Assembly (NCBI GenBank): GCA_043228905.1 | Contig: JBHGNT010000013.1 | Location: 14,384,001-14,448,000, forward strand | Direction of reading: 5' to 3' | From: Azolla caroliniana | Taxonomy: Eukaryota; Plantae; Polypodiophyta | DNA: 64,000 nucleotides | Part shown: one piece after another, positions 1 through 12,711 of the stretch | How the letters are laid out: each line of letters opens with the position of its first letter | How positions within the stretch are numbered: the stretch's first letter is position 1 | Made by a program: the position numbers and the translations under genes | The notes under the pieces: model-generated | Database searches by the model: none | Told to the model about the DNA's origin: nothing | What the model saw: only the letters and a program-made list of their open reading frames with translations

Positions 1-100
1 AGAGCTAGAGATGCATCTCATCTAGATCCATATTGCTGATAGGCAGAATAAGAGAAATCACTTGCTATAGACTCTCCCAATTTGGATTTCCCTCCATCAT

Positions 101-225
101 TAGCAATGGGCACGGTTTCGACTCAAACCGAACTGAACTGTTAAGCCATGGTTTAACGGTTTATTGGTTCCAAATTTTTTTAATGGTTTGGATTTTCGAT
201 AAACGATTCGATTTTGATTAAGTTT

Positions 226-265
<40 letters not shown>

Positions 266-990
266 AAGATACACCTTAGTAAATTACTTGAGAAATGTAC
301 ATATAGAAAACAGAGGGAGACATTTCATCTCACCTCTATTGTAATACAAAACCTAATACCAACATCTGATGATACAGATGATATCACAATAGGAACAAAT
401 GGAACACCATCTACAAGCTATGCAATAAAAAAGGAGGAATGGAATAATTCCACTTCATACCAGGAGACGTATCTGAAAATAAGTGAAGCCCTCGCCACCG
501 TTTCTTAAAGTCCACTTGACGTTGCCTTTGAGCATCAGTTGTACCCTGCAAATCATCATATTGTCCACGTATGGTGTGGACAAATCGGTTTTGATTAAGT
601 TTGGTTCTAAAACTCGGGATTATAGGTTTGGTTTAAAGGTTTATAGATTTTTGGTTAACTTTTTTTTTTTGCCTTAATAGTTTATTGATTTAATAAATTT
701 AACTTAAATGCTTATTTAATTTAATGTATTTTTGTTTATTTAGATGTTTAATTAGTTTGATTTAAGTGGTTGAGTTAAAAAAATTTATTAAATGGCTCGG
801 TTTGTTTTTAACTTTTCCCTAAACAGTTTGGTTTTAAATGGTTTGGGTTCAACTTTTTCTTAAACGGTTTGGTTTAAATACAGAGGGTTCATAATTGGTT
901 TGGTTTGGTTTTTGTTTTAAATAATCGGTTCGGTTCGGTTTCTTTGCCTTGAAATCGAACCGAATCGAAACCGAACCGCGCCCATTGCAA
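101..990. mobile_element. Non-autonomous hAT-type MITE
   Basis: Imperfect TIR TAGCAATGGGCACGGTT (101) / AACCGCGCCCATTGCAA (ends 990). Perfect 8-bp TSD TCCATCAT at 93-100 and 991-998. Many subterminal AAACCG/CGGTTT motifs. An 8-bp TSD is typical of hAT elements. Confidence 0.88.
226..588 (-). mobile_element. 5'-truncated L1-type LINE 3' end nested in the hAT MITE
   Basis: (TAAA)n tail on the minus strand at ~226-263. 14-bp TSD TTTTGATTAAGTTT at 212-225 and 589-602. Minus frame reads ..IRGQYDDLQG..KKRWRGLHLF.., similar to ..LRGQYDNMSG..LWRKLPLF of the LINE at 48188-49113. Confidence 0.8.
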
Positions 991-2169
991 TCCATCATAT
1001 GGAACAAGAGGAAGCCTTTGCAAAGAGAGAGCCAAATCTCAACATGTGCAAAGGAAATAAAAATATTTCTTCATTCCACAAAAAAAAACTAGTTTTTCAA
1101 TCTTTGTCCTAGTTTCATAGTTGCAACAAAGCAAACCCATTTTAAACATGATCTCACAAGAAGTAAGAAAATAAGTAGGTATTTTTATCTTCTTTATAAT
1201 GAGTAGAAGATCCAATTTTATCTTCATTCCCTGTGTTTTTGTTCTTTGCCATAATTCCATTGTGAACCAATCCTAGACATATAGACATAGTCATTTCACA
1301 AAAAATAACCTATTTATTGAATTCAAAGTGAAATGACTTCTTTCTTCAATGAGAGAAGCCTCTTATGATACAGAGGCTATGCTATGGCGCGCACCATGGA
1401 AAGCTATCGATTTGACCAAAAGAAGAGGAAATGGATAGAATCGATATTTTATCGTCCATGATAAGGCTGATTTTGGCCAATGAGACCAAATCAACATATC
1501 ATCTTGTATACGACTCCCTCTTAAGAAAGGGGGATTACTATTATGTAGTAAAAACTCTGGATGTGAAAATAATGCACACATATGTGCTCAATGCTCACTA
1601 AATGTACGTGGAATGTGAAAATAGCTCAGATGTTGGTACCTCAAGTCTGCCTTTGATTTTCAAATTCAACCCAACCTTCCATGGTTGTAGGATGAAAAGC
1701 CATGAATGAGAGAGGAGAGGCATGTGAGTGAGTAAGCAAAGAAGAATAACGAAGAAGAGAACATACATATTGTTGAGCGAGCAAGCTCAACTTGGGTTGG
1801 ATTGGCTGAAGAAGCCAAGAACTGGATTGGATGGAAACCGATTGGTTAGGCTCGGATTGGCTGAAGAAGCTAGAAGCTGGATCAGATGGAGATTGATCGG
1901 TTAGGCCGGATTGGCGGGGAGCCGACAGGCCGTTGAGACCGATATTCCTCAAAGGAATATTTTTGGGAGTCAGTGTCAATAGCTCATTTACGAGCATTCA
2001 AGTACTTGTCAGCCCATTATGATGGCTTGTATTTAAAGTGCTCTCTGAGCACATTTGTATGTAAGAGCGTTAATATTTTGAGTTTTTTCTTATTGTCTGC
2101 TCTCTCTCACTCTGATACCATGTAAAGAATCAAGAGATAGATTCTTGTGAAGCGGAATAGGTGTGAACT

Positions 2170-2233
<64 letters not shown>

Positions 2234-4954
2234 ACGCAAGGTTAAATATATTAGCAAAGGAGAAAGACTCAACATTTTACAAAGTGGGAGGAGGGTGCTT
2301 TATGTAGTCACCCTCTCTCTTCATTAACTACAAGACTCATGGAGCATGGGGAATGTGAAAGCTCATAAGTTATGTGTCATAGAATATGATTCTATGACTC
2401 ATATTAAATGCTAGAATACAAAGTGGTGACATAATGGTGACTCTTGACCGTTGGAGTGTCTCTTCACTCTCAAGGTGAGTTCACACACTAGACCAAGTTG
2501 AGCTTGATTCTCAACATGCCCCCTCAAGTTCAAGTCGGGTCGGTTTCAGACAGTATCCGAAATCCGCTTCAATTCACGTTCGGGAGTCTGCGTCGACTCG
2601 CGTCGACTCGCTTTATGCGAAGTTGCGGAATCCGTGCTCCAGCTTGCGTTGTGCGTAGTTACGAAGTCTGTGCTTCGGCTTGCGTCTTTCTTTGCGGCTT
2701 TGCGCGGTAGATCGGCTCTTTGCTGCTACGGTGTGTGGTTGAGGAATCTATGCGTTATTGCGTAGTGTCTTCAGTACTCCCCCTCAAGCTTGGCAGATCA
2801 GGGATCGTCAATCCGAGATCGAACATGAATTGCCATAGCTTGTCGGCTCCTAAGGCTTTAGTGAAGATGTCAGCCGTTTGAAGATTGGTGCTTATGTGTT
2901 GTAGGTCGACATCGCCAGCCAGAACGCGCTCTCGGATGAAGTGATAGTGCACTTCGATGTGCTTTGTCCGTGTGTGGAACACCGGGTTTCGAGCCAGATA
3001 GATACTGCTCATGTTGTCGCAGTAAAGGGAAGTCGGATCCTTGATGGGTACGCCCAGATCTTTCAAAATCCTCTTGAGCCATATGGCTTCACACGCAGCT
3101 ACGGCTGCGCCCCTGTATTCCGCCTCCGTACTCGAAAGAGCGACGGTAGGCTGCTTCTTGCTACTCCAGGATATTGCTCCGCTGCCGAGGGAGAAAACAA
3201 ATCCGGAGGTTGATCTTCTATCGGCTTTGTAGCCGGCCTAATCGGCGTCATTGTACCCCTCGAGTCGTATTGGCATCGCGGTCTTGTAGAGGATGCTGCA
3301 ATCCATTGTGCCACTCACGTATCGTAGAACTCGCTTGGCGCAATCCAAGTGAGTATCACACGGTGTTTGCATGAATTGGCTAAGGAGGCTGACCGGATAA
3401 CTGAGATCGGGTCGTGTGATCGTGAGGTAGATGAGACTCCCGATGAGTTGCCGATATTGAGTCGGCTCACACGCTTTGGTGCCAGAGTGCGCATCTAGTT
3501 TGAGATTACGATCGAGCGGGGTTGCCACGGATTTGCACTCAGCCATCCCGAACTTGTATAACAAGTTGAGGATGTAGTGCCGTTGAGAGATCATGATTCC
3601 GGCCGGAGTCCGAATTACCTCGATGACGAGGAAGTAGTGGAGCTCCTTCATGTCCGTCATCTAGAACTTGTCGGAGAGGAGGGTTTTGACTTTATTGATG
3701 TCGACGAGATGCTCACCTCCAATGACTAGGTCATCCACATATAAAATGATGACGATCGGACTTGCGGAATCGCTTTGTATGTAGAGGGAGTTGTCCGATT
3801 TTGACATACGGAAGCCGATTTGATGAAAATATTGCGTTATCTTCGAATGCCAAGCACGCGGTGCTTGCTTGAGGCCGTAGAGTGGCTTCTTGAGTCGGCA
3901 TACGACTTTTGGATGAGTGCTCGAGTTGAAGCCGGGTGGTTGGATCATGTACACCTCCTCTTCTAATTCGCGTTGTAGAAAGGCGTTCTTGATGTCCATT
4001 TGATGGAGGTGCCACCCTTTCGCCGCGGCAAGCGCAATTACGGTCCGCACTATTGTCATCTTTGCCACCGGGGCAAAGGTCTCTTCGTAGTCGACGCCAT
4101 GCATTTGAGCGTATCCTTTCGCTACGAGTCGAGCTTTGTAGCGGTTTACGGAGCCATCGACGTTATACTTCACCTTGTAGATCCATCTGCATCCGATCGC
4201 CTTTTTGTGTGGTGAGGTGGGAACGAGATCCCACGTCTCGTTCTTCCGTAGTGCCTGCATCTCCTCATTCATTGCTTCGATCCATCGCGGGTCCTTTGCG
4301 GCTTCCGAAAAGGTTTCCGGCTCTCGTATTGTCGCTACCTTCATCATAAAGGCGTAATGGTACGCCATATAATCGTTGTAGCTGAATCGGCTTACGAGAT
4401 TCTTTTCACGGGTGGAGCAACGGAGCTTTTCATTTGCTGAGATGAGGGCTTTCTTGGCTCCGATTGGTACTTCGAAACCGCCGAACTCACTGTCGAGTGA
4501 GTGAGTCGATTCATCATCGTCGAAGCGATCGTCTTCATATTCCGCCATTTTCGCCTTGCCTTTGTCCATCTTCGGGCTAGGCCGTGATGTGCTTTGATTG
4601 CTCAAAGGCTCTTGTGGTTCGCTCAGTCGGGTTGTGATCGGACTTTCTTCGAACATGCGCGTAAGGTGATCTTCATCCTCTACCTCTTGTTCGGTGGATT
4701 CCGGGTCGAGCGGGGTCTCTGGTGCGTACCAGGATGCAGACTCGTCAAAGACGACGTCTCGACTTACCCGAGATTTTCGAGTTGAGGGGTTGTAGCACTT
4801 GTACCCCTTTTGCTCCAGTAAGTATCCTACGAGGATACATTTCTCCAACTTTGGGTCGAGCTTTTGACGCTTCTCGTCGGGGATGTGCACGTATGCAATG
4901 GAGCCGAATATCCGAACATGTGATAGGTTCAGCTTCTTTCCGAAGAATATTTCG

Positions 4955-5627
4955 TGTTGGGAGACAGGTCCCTCCGGATGGGAAGGGAGAAGAACAGTGC
5001 CGATGAACAAACTCGGCCGAGGCCGATAGACCCGGTATGAACCGGATGAGGAGTACCCGGCTACGGAGAGCCGGATGGTGCAGACCCGGTATGAACCGGA
5101 TGAGGAGTACCCGGCTACGGAGAGTCGGATGGTACAGACCCAGTGAGAACCGGATGAAGAGACATATTCGTAAATATGTTTCTGAGAGTCCATCGAGGCT
5201 ATATTTGTAAATAGCCGAAAAGTCATATTAGTATAAATATGACTTAGGGCAAACTTATAACTGTTGTTGTTGTCATTTTTCTTGTTGGTGCAAGAAGAAG
5301 AAGAGAGAGCACGTAACAGTGTACAGAGAGAGAGAGAGAGAGAGAGAAAGAGGTCGCTGCCTCTGTTGTAACCGCCGCCTGTGGCGAAGATCGTGAGCAC
5401 GAGGTCGTTGCCTCCGTGAACTCACTATTTGTACATTCCAACATAGTGATAGTCTGCAGCCTGTGGGCTGTTGTGGTTTTTCCCTTAGTTTCGGTTTTCC
5501 ACGTAAACATCCTGTGCACCTTTTCTCTCCTTTGTGTCGTGTTTTTTTTTGTTTCCTGTTTTCTGTGTATGATTCTAAGCTTGGTTGTGGCCGAGTGTTG
5601 TGCAAAAGGAGCGTTGAGTTCCCGACA
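4955..5627 (+). mobile_element. Solo LTR (family 'C') inserted in the copia integrase
   Basis: Termini TGTTGGGA...TCCCGACA. 5-bp TSD TTTCG at 4950-4954 and 5628-5632. Host reads ..VTPHE|IFFGKK.. across it. Internal ~54-bp tandem repeat (~5029-5160) and (GA)n. Orientation inferred from the TATA position. Confidence 0.93.
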
Positions 5628-7524
5628 TTTCGTGCGGAGTGACCTCGTGCACGCCGGATGTTGTGCACCGGTTCATTAGGTAGACGGCCGTATTTGCCAC
5701 TTCGGCCCAATATGACTTGGGCATATGCTTCTCGTTCATCATGGCCCGTGCTACTTCGAGGATGTGCCGATTTTTGCGCTCGGCTACTCCGTTTTGTTGC
5801 GGAGTGTGTCGGCAAGTGAATTCTCGCCAAATTCCTTCCTTTTGGAGATACGTCGTGAAATCGTCCGAGAAGTACTCCTTGCCGCCATCCGATCGAAGGC
5901 ATCGTACATGTCGGCCCGTGGCTTTCTCGACTTCATTCTTGAACTTTTGGAAGTCTCCGAACACTTCGCTCTTTTGTTGCATCAGGTAGATCCAAGTGTG
6001 CCTCGAAAAGTCGTCGATGAATAGCACGTAATATTGGCATCCGCCGAATGTCTCCGTTTGGGCCGGACCCCATACATCGGAATGAATTACATCGAGTACG
6101 CCTTTGCTCACATTCCGTTCCTTCGGGAATGGGTGTCGGTGTTGCTTGCCAAATTGGCACGCTTCGCATACTCCTTCAATCTCCTTCTCTTTGAATGTCG
6201 GGAGTCCGATGACGACTCCTTTCGACTTCATTGCTTTGAGTTTGTTGAGATTGATGTGGCCGATTCGCTTATGCCATAGCTCTATGTCGGAGTCGGCTTT
6301 TGTGCTTTTCGCGAACATGGCGGATTTTATCTCGTGCGAATTGAGAATGAACATCCGGCCCTCTCTTCTTCCGCGTGCGATGATTCGGCCTTCTTTTTCG
6401 ATGAAGCACCCTTCTTAGTCGAATCGTACTTGCATCCCTTGCTCAACCATTTGGCCAACCGAGACCAAATTCTTTGTGATGGTGGGTACATGCAAGACAT
6501 TTTTAATGTATGTTTGCTTACCTCTTTCGCTGAACGGGACATTGCCGATGTGCCGAATCGGGTGCGTAGTGTCATCTCCGGTTTCGACATAACCAGGTCA
6601 CTCCGGCTCTTGAAGTTCGAGAAACCATTCTTTATGGGATGTCATATGGTTTGAGGCTCCAGAGTCTACAAACCATACGTCCTCCGGATTGAGGGCACTA
6701 TTTGAGGTAAAGGCCGACATATAGTTTGCTCTATGTTTCATCATGAACATTCCGCCACGGTCGGAGATGCGTGTATACATTCCGCCACGTTCTTCATAGT
6801 CGGAGTTGTTCTCGTACATTCCGCTATACTCTTCGTAGTCGGAATTGTGTGCATAATTCATGAGTTGTCGGAGCCTTGTGGAAGCCGATTCACGCATCTT
6901 CTTTCTACACTCTTCTTCGTGGTGGCCGAGCTTTCCGCAATATCCGCATTCGGTTGCGTTTTGACGGCTCGGGCCGGAGTGGAAGCTCCCCCTTCTTGCG
7001 AAGGTTCCTCGTTGGCCTCCGTTTTTCGGCCGAAATTGGGAGTTGTCGTAGGTCGGACCTCGTCCGCCTTGTCCTTGGCCGAATCGGCCTCTCGCTCGTC
7101 CGCGTCCTCTTCCTCCATTAGAGTGCGTGTAGAGCATGTGGCCTTCCGACTCATTGCTCCTTGTACGCACGTGATTTTCTTCGACCAATAGCATTGATTG
7201 GAGCTCGAAGAAGGAGGGAGATTTCTCCCGTGCTAGAATGGCGGTTCGCATCGCGCCGAACCGTGGTGCGAGGCCGCCGAGGCATATTTGCACCATCTCA
7301 TCATCATCTATACTTACGCTTATTGAGCCGAGCGAGTCGCAAAGCTCCTTGATCTTCAAGGTGTATGTCGTGATGGATACATCCCTTTGTTGAATGTTGT
7401 TCAACTCTTGGCGGAGTTGAAGCTTCTTCGCGATCGTGTTGGTGGCGAAAATCTTTCGTAGGTTTTCCCACACTTCCTTCGGCGTCTTGGCTTCTCGAAT
7501 GTAACCAAGCATGTGGTCGTGAAC

Positions 7525-7907
7525 TGTTGAGCAACAAGCTCAACCGGAGCCGGATCGGCTGAATAAGCCGAAGCCGGTAAGCGAGACGGATCGGGCGAAA
7601 CAGATCGGTATTACGGTGAGCAACCGAACCGACAAGCAGTGGAGGCCGGGTGCAATCCGTAACCGGAAGTCCAATCGGAAGCCTAGTATAGGATAGACTA
7701 CTAGGTAGCTATAGTCTCGTAGTAAGTGTCAGATGCTCGTGTGAGCATTGAAGTACATGGTACTTCTGTCAGTCCCAAGAGGACTTGTATAAATAGTGCT
7801 ACTTAGCACAGTGTGTGTACAGAGTCTTGATATAATTTTTTGAAATTGTGTTCTGCTCTCTTTGTGTTATTCTCTGTTTTACGCTTCCGCAAACACTTAC
7901 GTTTACA
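7525..7907 (+). mobile_element. Solo LTR (family 'B') inserted in the copia gag
   Basis: Termini TGTTGAGC...GTTTACA. 5-bp TSD TGAAC at 7520-7524 and 7908-7912. Host reads ..ATCVH|DHMLGY.. across it. Homologous to the LTR at 63287-63701. Confidence 0.94.
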
Positions 7908-8354
7908 TGAACACATGTTGCCAAACAATACATCACGCGGCTTGCGGCTTGCTCCCATGTTGCGTATCCGGGAGCCGCTTCGGCGGGTTGGTCTTCATGC
8001 GCTCCTTTGATGTAGCTCCAATAGCCTTGTCCGACAAGGTATTGGTGCATCTTGTACTCCCAAGATGCGAAGTTGTTTCGATCCAACTTCTCGGTAGGGA
8101 GAGCACTCCCCATTTGAGTATTCATTATGTCGATACTTCTTCTTCTTCTACTACTTCTTCTCTCTTTGAATGCGAGCTATGTGGCGAAGCTACGATAACG
8201 ATGAGCCGGTTCTTGGTCGTTGGCGTGGAGCACAACACACGATCACGATGAGGCGAATGGGCTAGATCGAGCTACCAAATTGCTCTGATACCATGTAAAG
8301 AATCAAGAGATAGATTCTTGTGAAGCGGAATAGGTGTGAACTGTGTGTGTGTGA

Positions 8355-8387
<33 letters not shown>

Positions 8388-9749
8388 TATACGCAAGGTT
8401 AAATATATTAGCAAAGGAGAAAGACTCAACATTTTACAAGGTGGGAGGAGGGTGCTTTATGTAGTCACCCTCTCTCTTCATTAACTACAAGACTCATGGA
8501 GCATGGGGAATGTGAAAGCTCATAAGTTATGTGTCATAGAATATGATTCTATGACTCATACTAAATGCTAGAATACAAAGTGGTGACATAATGGTGACCC
8601 TTGACTGTTGGAGTGTCTCTTCACTCTCAAGGTGAGTTCACACACTAGACCAAGTTGAGCTTGATTCTCAACAATCTCCATTCTCTGTGTTTACCTAACT
8701 ATTGTCTGTTACTCGGCATAGCCGACTGTGTTGTTAACTCACAAACTTCCGCACGTATTCTTTTACACATATATATAAATATGAGAGAAAATATGCTTCT
8801 CCATTTCTCATGCTCTCTCTCTCTCTCTCTACTACTTTTGATTGTGAGAAGGTCATTGAAGATAATAAACAACCCAACTTGAGGATGAACATTCCAAGAT
8901 GGTTGAGGATATGTTACAGATGACAAAGATACATCATGGTGCCACACTAGAATGCAAATGGGAAGCTCTTAAGAAAGTCATTCTCACATGCGCAAACGAA
9001 TGTTTTTCGGCCAAGCACACATCTTGGAAATGCATCAAGAAATGTAGTTCAAAGAAAAAATGGTTTGATAAAGAATGTCATGAAGCTTGAAAATGCCTTA
9101 TGATTTTGGTTGTAGTTAAGGATAAGGAAGATTAACAAAAGCATTTGCATGAGTACAAAAGGCTTATTCAAAGAAAGAGAAGAATATGGGAAGTTACTCA
9201 ACAATTTCTCTAAACGCAAGAGAAAGCACATGCATGTGTTAAAATTTGGGAAAATCTAAAAGGGAAATGTGTTGAGAGTTATGGTGACTTAACTCTTCTC
9301 GACTTGTCTTTGCATTATAAGAATCTATATAAACTATCTCTTGCTAGAGAGATGATGTGTTATGGTTCTCTTCCACATATGTCTCCCTTCTTTACAATCG
9401 AAGATATATGCATAGGACTTAAGAAATTGGCCTCTTGAAAGGCAAACGATCTTCAATGTATAAAGGCTAAAATGCTCAAATGGATGGGAAAGGAAGCACA
9501 TGTATGGATAAACGATATGCTTAATCATGCATTGCAAAATGGTATGCCATATGACTGGTCTACAAATTGGATCAAACCTTTACATAAAGGTGGAGATGTA
9601 AATAATGTAAACAACTATCGAACCATCATGGTTGGCTCGCCAATGGCAAAACTATCTGGATGTATTATGGAATCAAAGATAAGTGCATGAACTGAAAAAA
9701 ATGGTAAGAGAGCTTATGGATAAGCTGGCATTTGAAAACACCATAACAA

Positions 9750-10236
9750 CGACGACTATGGCGATGATGTCTTTAAAACCAAGGATGTTGATGACGGTAA
9801 CTCTTGAAGCAACAACGATGATGATGGTGTCTCTAGAAGAAAAGATGGAGGCAATGAAGAAGACAAGCGATGCTTCCAGTTGGAGGGTGAACAAACTGTC
9901 ATGGATAGATAATAACAGAAAATACTAGAAGAAAATCGAATGGATGAGTTGATGAATTGAAAGACTCTATAACTGGTGTTGTTCACCCTGATTGTAATCT
10001 AGGTGAACACACATATTTATACAAGTTTCGAGATTGAATATCTCTAGAATATACCTGAGAAATATCTCTAGATATACAGTTAAAGACTAGAATATTATGG
10101 AATGTACTATATGCTAGACTATACAATATTAAACCATTATATATATAAATACATGTGAGTCATATCAAAATGGTTGACGATGACATATTGTTGACATGAG
10201 GTTGTAGGTTTAATCCTCACCAACTATGTCGTGACA
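9750..10236. mobile_element. Truncated LTR-like insertion in the RTE LINE
   Basis: Non-LINE sequence ending ..GTCGTGACA exactly where the LINE resumes (NSTISVKQG). The left end and a piece of the LINE RT are missing, and there is no TSD. Confidence 0.45.
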
Positions 10237-10816
10237 AATAGCACTATTAGTGTTAAGCAAGGATGCCCACTCTCACCAACTCTATTTGATCTATGCATTG
10301 ATGAATTGGAAGAAATGGTTGCCAAGTTTGTAAAGGAAGAATGTGTTGAAGAAGTTGCAATTGGGAATGGTGTCATTATGCTTTTGCTATATGCAGATGA
10401 TGAAGTGCTTTTTGCAAAAACTTTACGAGATGCGCAAAAGCTTGTGAAGGCATTGGAAAAAAATTGTATGCATACGAAATTAAGTGTTAATAGCTCTAAA
10501 ACAAAGATTATGCTTGTGAAGATCCAAAAAAGAGATAAGTTATGCACTATGTACAATAATGAGCCACTTGAGTGTGTGGAAAGCTTCAAATATCTTGGCC
10601 TTGAAGTTCCTTCAAATCATAGATGGAATTATTGTGCTAAACGCCACTTAGAGGTGGGAAAGCGAGCATATTGTACATTTGAGAACACATGCAATCGTGG
10701 AGATATTAAGTGTTAGGTCCTCAAGAAATACCTTTTTGGCACTTTGGTGACACCGGTGGTTTTCTATGGGGTGGAAGTATGGGGTGTAGCATCCCTAAAT
10801 CTATTCGTAAAGAGTT

Positions 10817-10904
10817 TGTCTCAGGAATAGTACTAAAACACAGAGAGAATTAGTACTAGAGAAGGGAAGTACTATTAGTACTAAGAGGACGGACTGCGTA
10901 AGAC

Positions 10905-10935
<31 letters not shown>

Positions 10936-11244
10936 GATAACAAATGATATATTATGTGAAGAGTAAGTACAAAATAGCTATGAGGCTTAAGATTGGCATT
11001 GAACCAATTTGGTTCAAAATAATGCCTTGTGCCTCTTTTTATAGTGTTCTTAGGAATAGTCCTGAAGCTTCTAGAATGTTCTAGAGAAATTTGGAATATA
11101 CAATAATTTTCTATAGTAAAACTTAAATGAAAATAATATGCTATGTATTATAATAGATAATGTAATGGTCAAGAGCTCGACCCATATAACATAAGGTTAT
11201 GGGTTCGAGTCTTGTCATGTCATGAGTCTTGCCATATCATGACA
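10817..11244. mobile_element. Probable solo LTR in the RTE LINE
   Basis: TGTC...TGACA termini interrupt the LINE reading ..KEF|EN.. Contains (GA)n and a TATA-like motif. TSD is degenerate. Confidence 0.6.
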
Positions 11245-12711
11245 ATTTGAAAATGATAAAAAAACATTTTCTTTTAAAGTTTCTACAAGTTAAGAAACAA
11301 ACGCCATATATCCTCCTCTTCCTTGAGACGAGATCATTTCCCATTAAGATTATGGCCATGGAAAGGCTTGTTGAATACATGCTTAAGGTTCAAAAAAGTT
11401 CCTCACATCGACTTCCTATAATCGCGCAGGAAACAAGCAAAAAGATCCAAAAGACGCATAAAGCAAAAATTTTGTGTTCCGATTGGATGCAAGATATGAA
11501 AAGTGGTTTGGTAGATGGGATGCAACACATTTGCTTCATGACGCATCATGGGATTCCTCTATAAATGAGGCCTTTTTGCAACACCAATGTATCATGACAT
11601 GGGAAAAATGGAGGCTCATGCTTCACACATTATACTACACATGTTGCACCTAACGACAAAACCATATTCTTCGCAAAACGGAGAAACTTTACACATCAAT
11701 ACATGTTAGAGCCCATTTCATTGGCTTCCATTTGAACCATTGCTTCCATGCAACTTAACTCACATGCATTGCGAGAGACGGGGCGTTAGGTCACAAGCGA
11801 TGAGAGTGGTCGACTATACACACTTTGCCCTAAGCAAGTTCGAGTGTTTGAGTATCACACTTTGATACAATGCTCTGCCTTTGATCATATTCGATTCCTC
11901 CTTGTAGATATTAATTATTATCAAATCAAGAGAAAGATTTTGGCTTTCATTGTGATTGTCATTGAGATCGAGATTTTGAAATTGAGGTTGTGAACTTAAC
12001 ACACATTTGCCCAAATGGTCCATAGATGGGAACTCTTCAGGAAAGAATGTTTGCTTGAATAGAGTCAACCATCTCCCTCTCTCTCTCATAATCAAAGACT
12101 CATTAGTACTCTGTCCTATGCATGAGTAGATTGAATGATATAGAGAGCCAAAAGCCAATTCCAATTCCCCATTGTTTTGAATGAGGAAGGAGATCAAACA
12201 GTTGCAAAATTATCCAATGGAATATATGAATGAGAGAGAGAAATGTATTCTCTTCTTTTTCCCTTGGGAATGCTTCACATTTTTGTATTTCATGTTGCTC
12301 CTCTACTTCATATTATGTTTCCATATGTATAATAATCAGAATGGACATGCTTGTCTTCGCTTTGTTTTATATCAGCATGGTCCTGTTAGACTTAATATCT
12401 ATTCACGGACCAATATTTCTTAACCAACTCATGTTTTACCACATCATAATGCTTAAATATTTTATCATTATCAGGATAAAATTGTAGTGTATGATACATC
12501 TGCCATCCAGGTCACTTTGTGTATGTGGTTGGCTTCGAGCAATACTCAAGGTATGGTAGGAGTACTCTGATTTTGTAACTTAAGTTGACTCATTACGTTC
12601 ATCCATCGTTCACAACTTCATATTTTTGCACTTTGTATATCTTAACTTCATCTTGTCATATTGCACTAAAGCTTTACAAAAGATTTTCATTCAAGTTAAT
12701 TCCAAATTCTT

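Larger units (their letters stand above)
2755..8125 (-). pseudogene. Disrupted copia gag-pol polyprotein
   Basis: ORF pieces 7799-8125, 6598-7512, 5575-6354, 3661-4954, 3238-3660 and 2755-3066 are collinear gag-pol fragments. They are broken by two solo LTRs, stops and frameshifts. Confidence 0.93.
2121..8673 (-). mobile_element. Ty1/copia LTR retrotransposon (family 'A'), full length but disrupted
   Basis: LTRs at 2121-2516 and 8294-8673 (TG..CA), with 4 substitutions outside the microsatellite. tRNA-iMet PBS at 8282-8293 and PPT at ~2517-2528. Domain order is gag (CGYCGKLGHHEEEC), protease (WFVDSGASNHMT), integrase (HSDVWGP, SDGGKEY, QNGVAERKN), RT (YVDD), RNase H. In-frame stops at 3661 and 3238, plus frameshifts. 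Confidence 0.96.
1771..8767 (+). mobile_element. Solo LTR (copia family 'B'), split into 1771-~2108 and 8674-8767 by the copia insertion
   Basis: Starts TGTTGAGC..AAGCTCAAC and ends CTTCCGCACGTATTCTTTTACA, like the LTRs at 7525 and 63287. 5-bp TSD CATAT at 1766-1770 and 8768-8772. Confidence 0.8.
8880..11900 (+). mobile_element. Decayed RTE-like non-LTR retrotransposon (RT fragments)
   Basis: Fragments KKKWFDKEC, WIKPLHKGGDVNNVNNYRTI, VKQGCPLSPTLF, LLYADD and FKYLG, with many stops and frameshifts. Ends are approximate. Confidence 0.85.

Noticed and set aside
3661-5400. 579-aa ORF with a novel N-terminus fused to integrase/RT
   Set aside because: The N-terminal ~150 aa is chance read-through of the antisense strand of the solo LTR (microsatellite and tandem repeat), and the ORF ends at a premature stop in RT.
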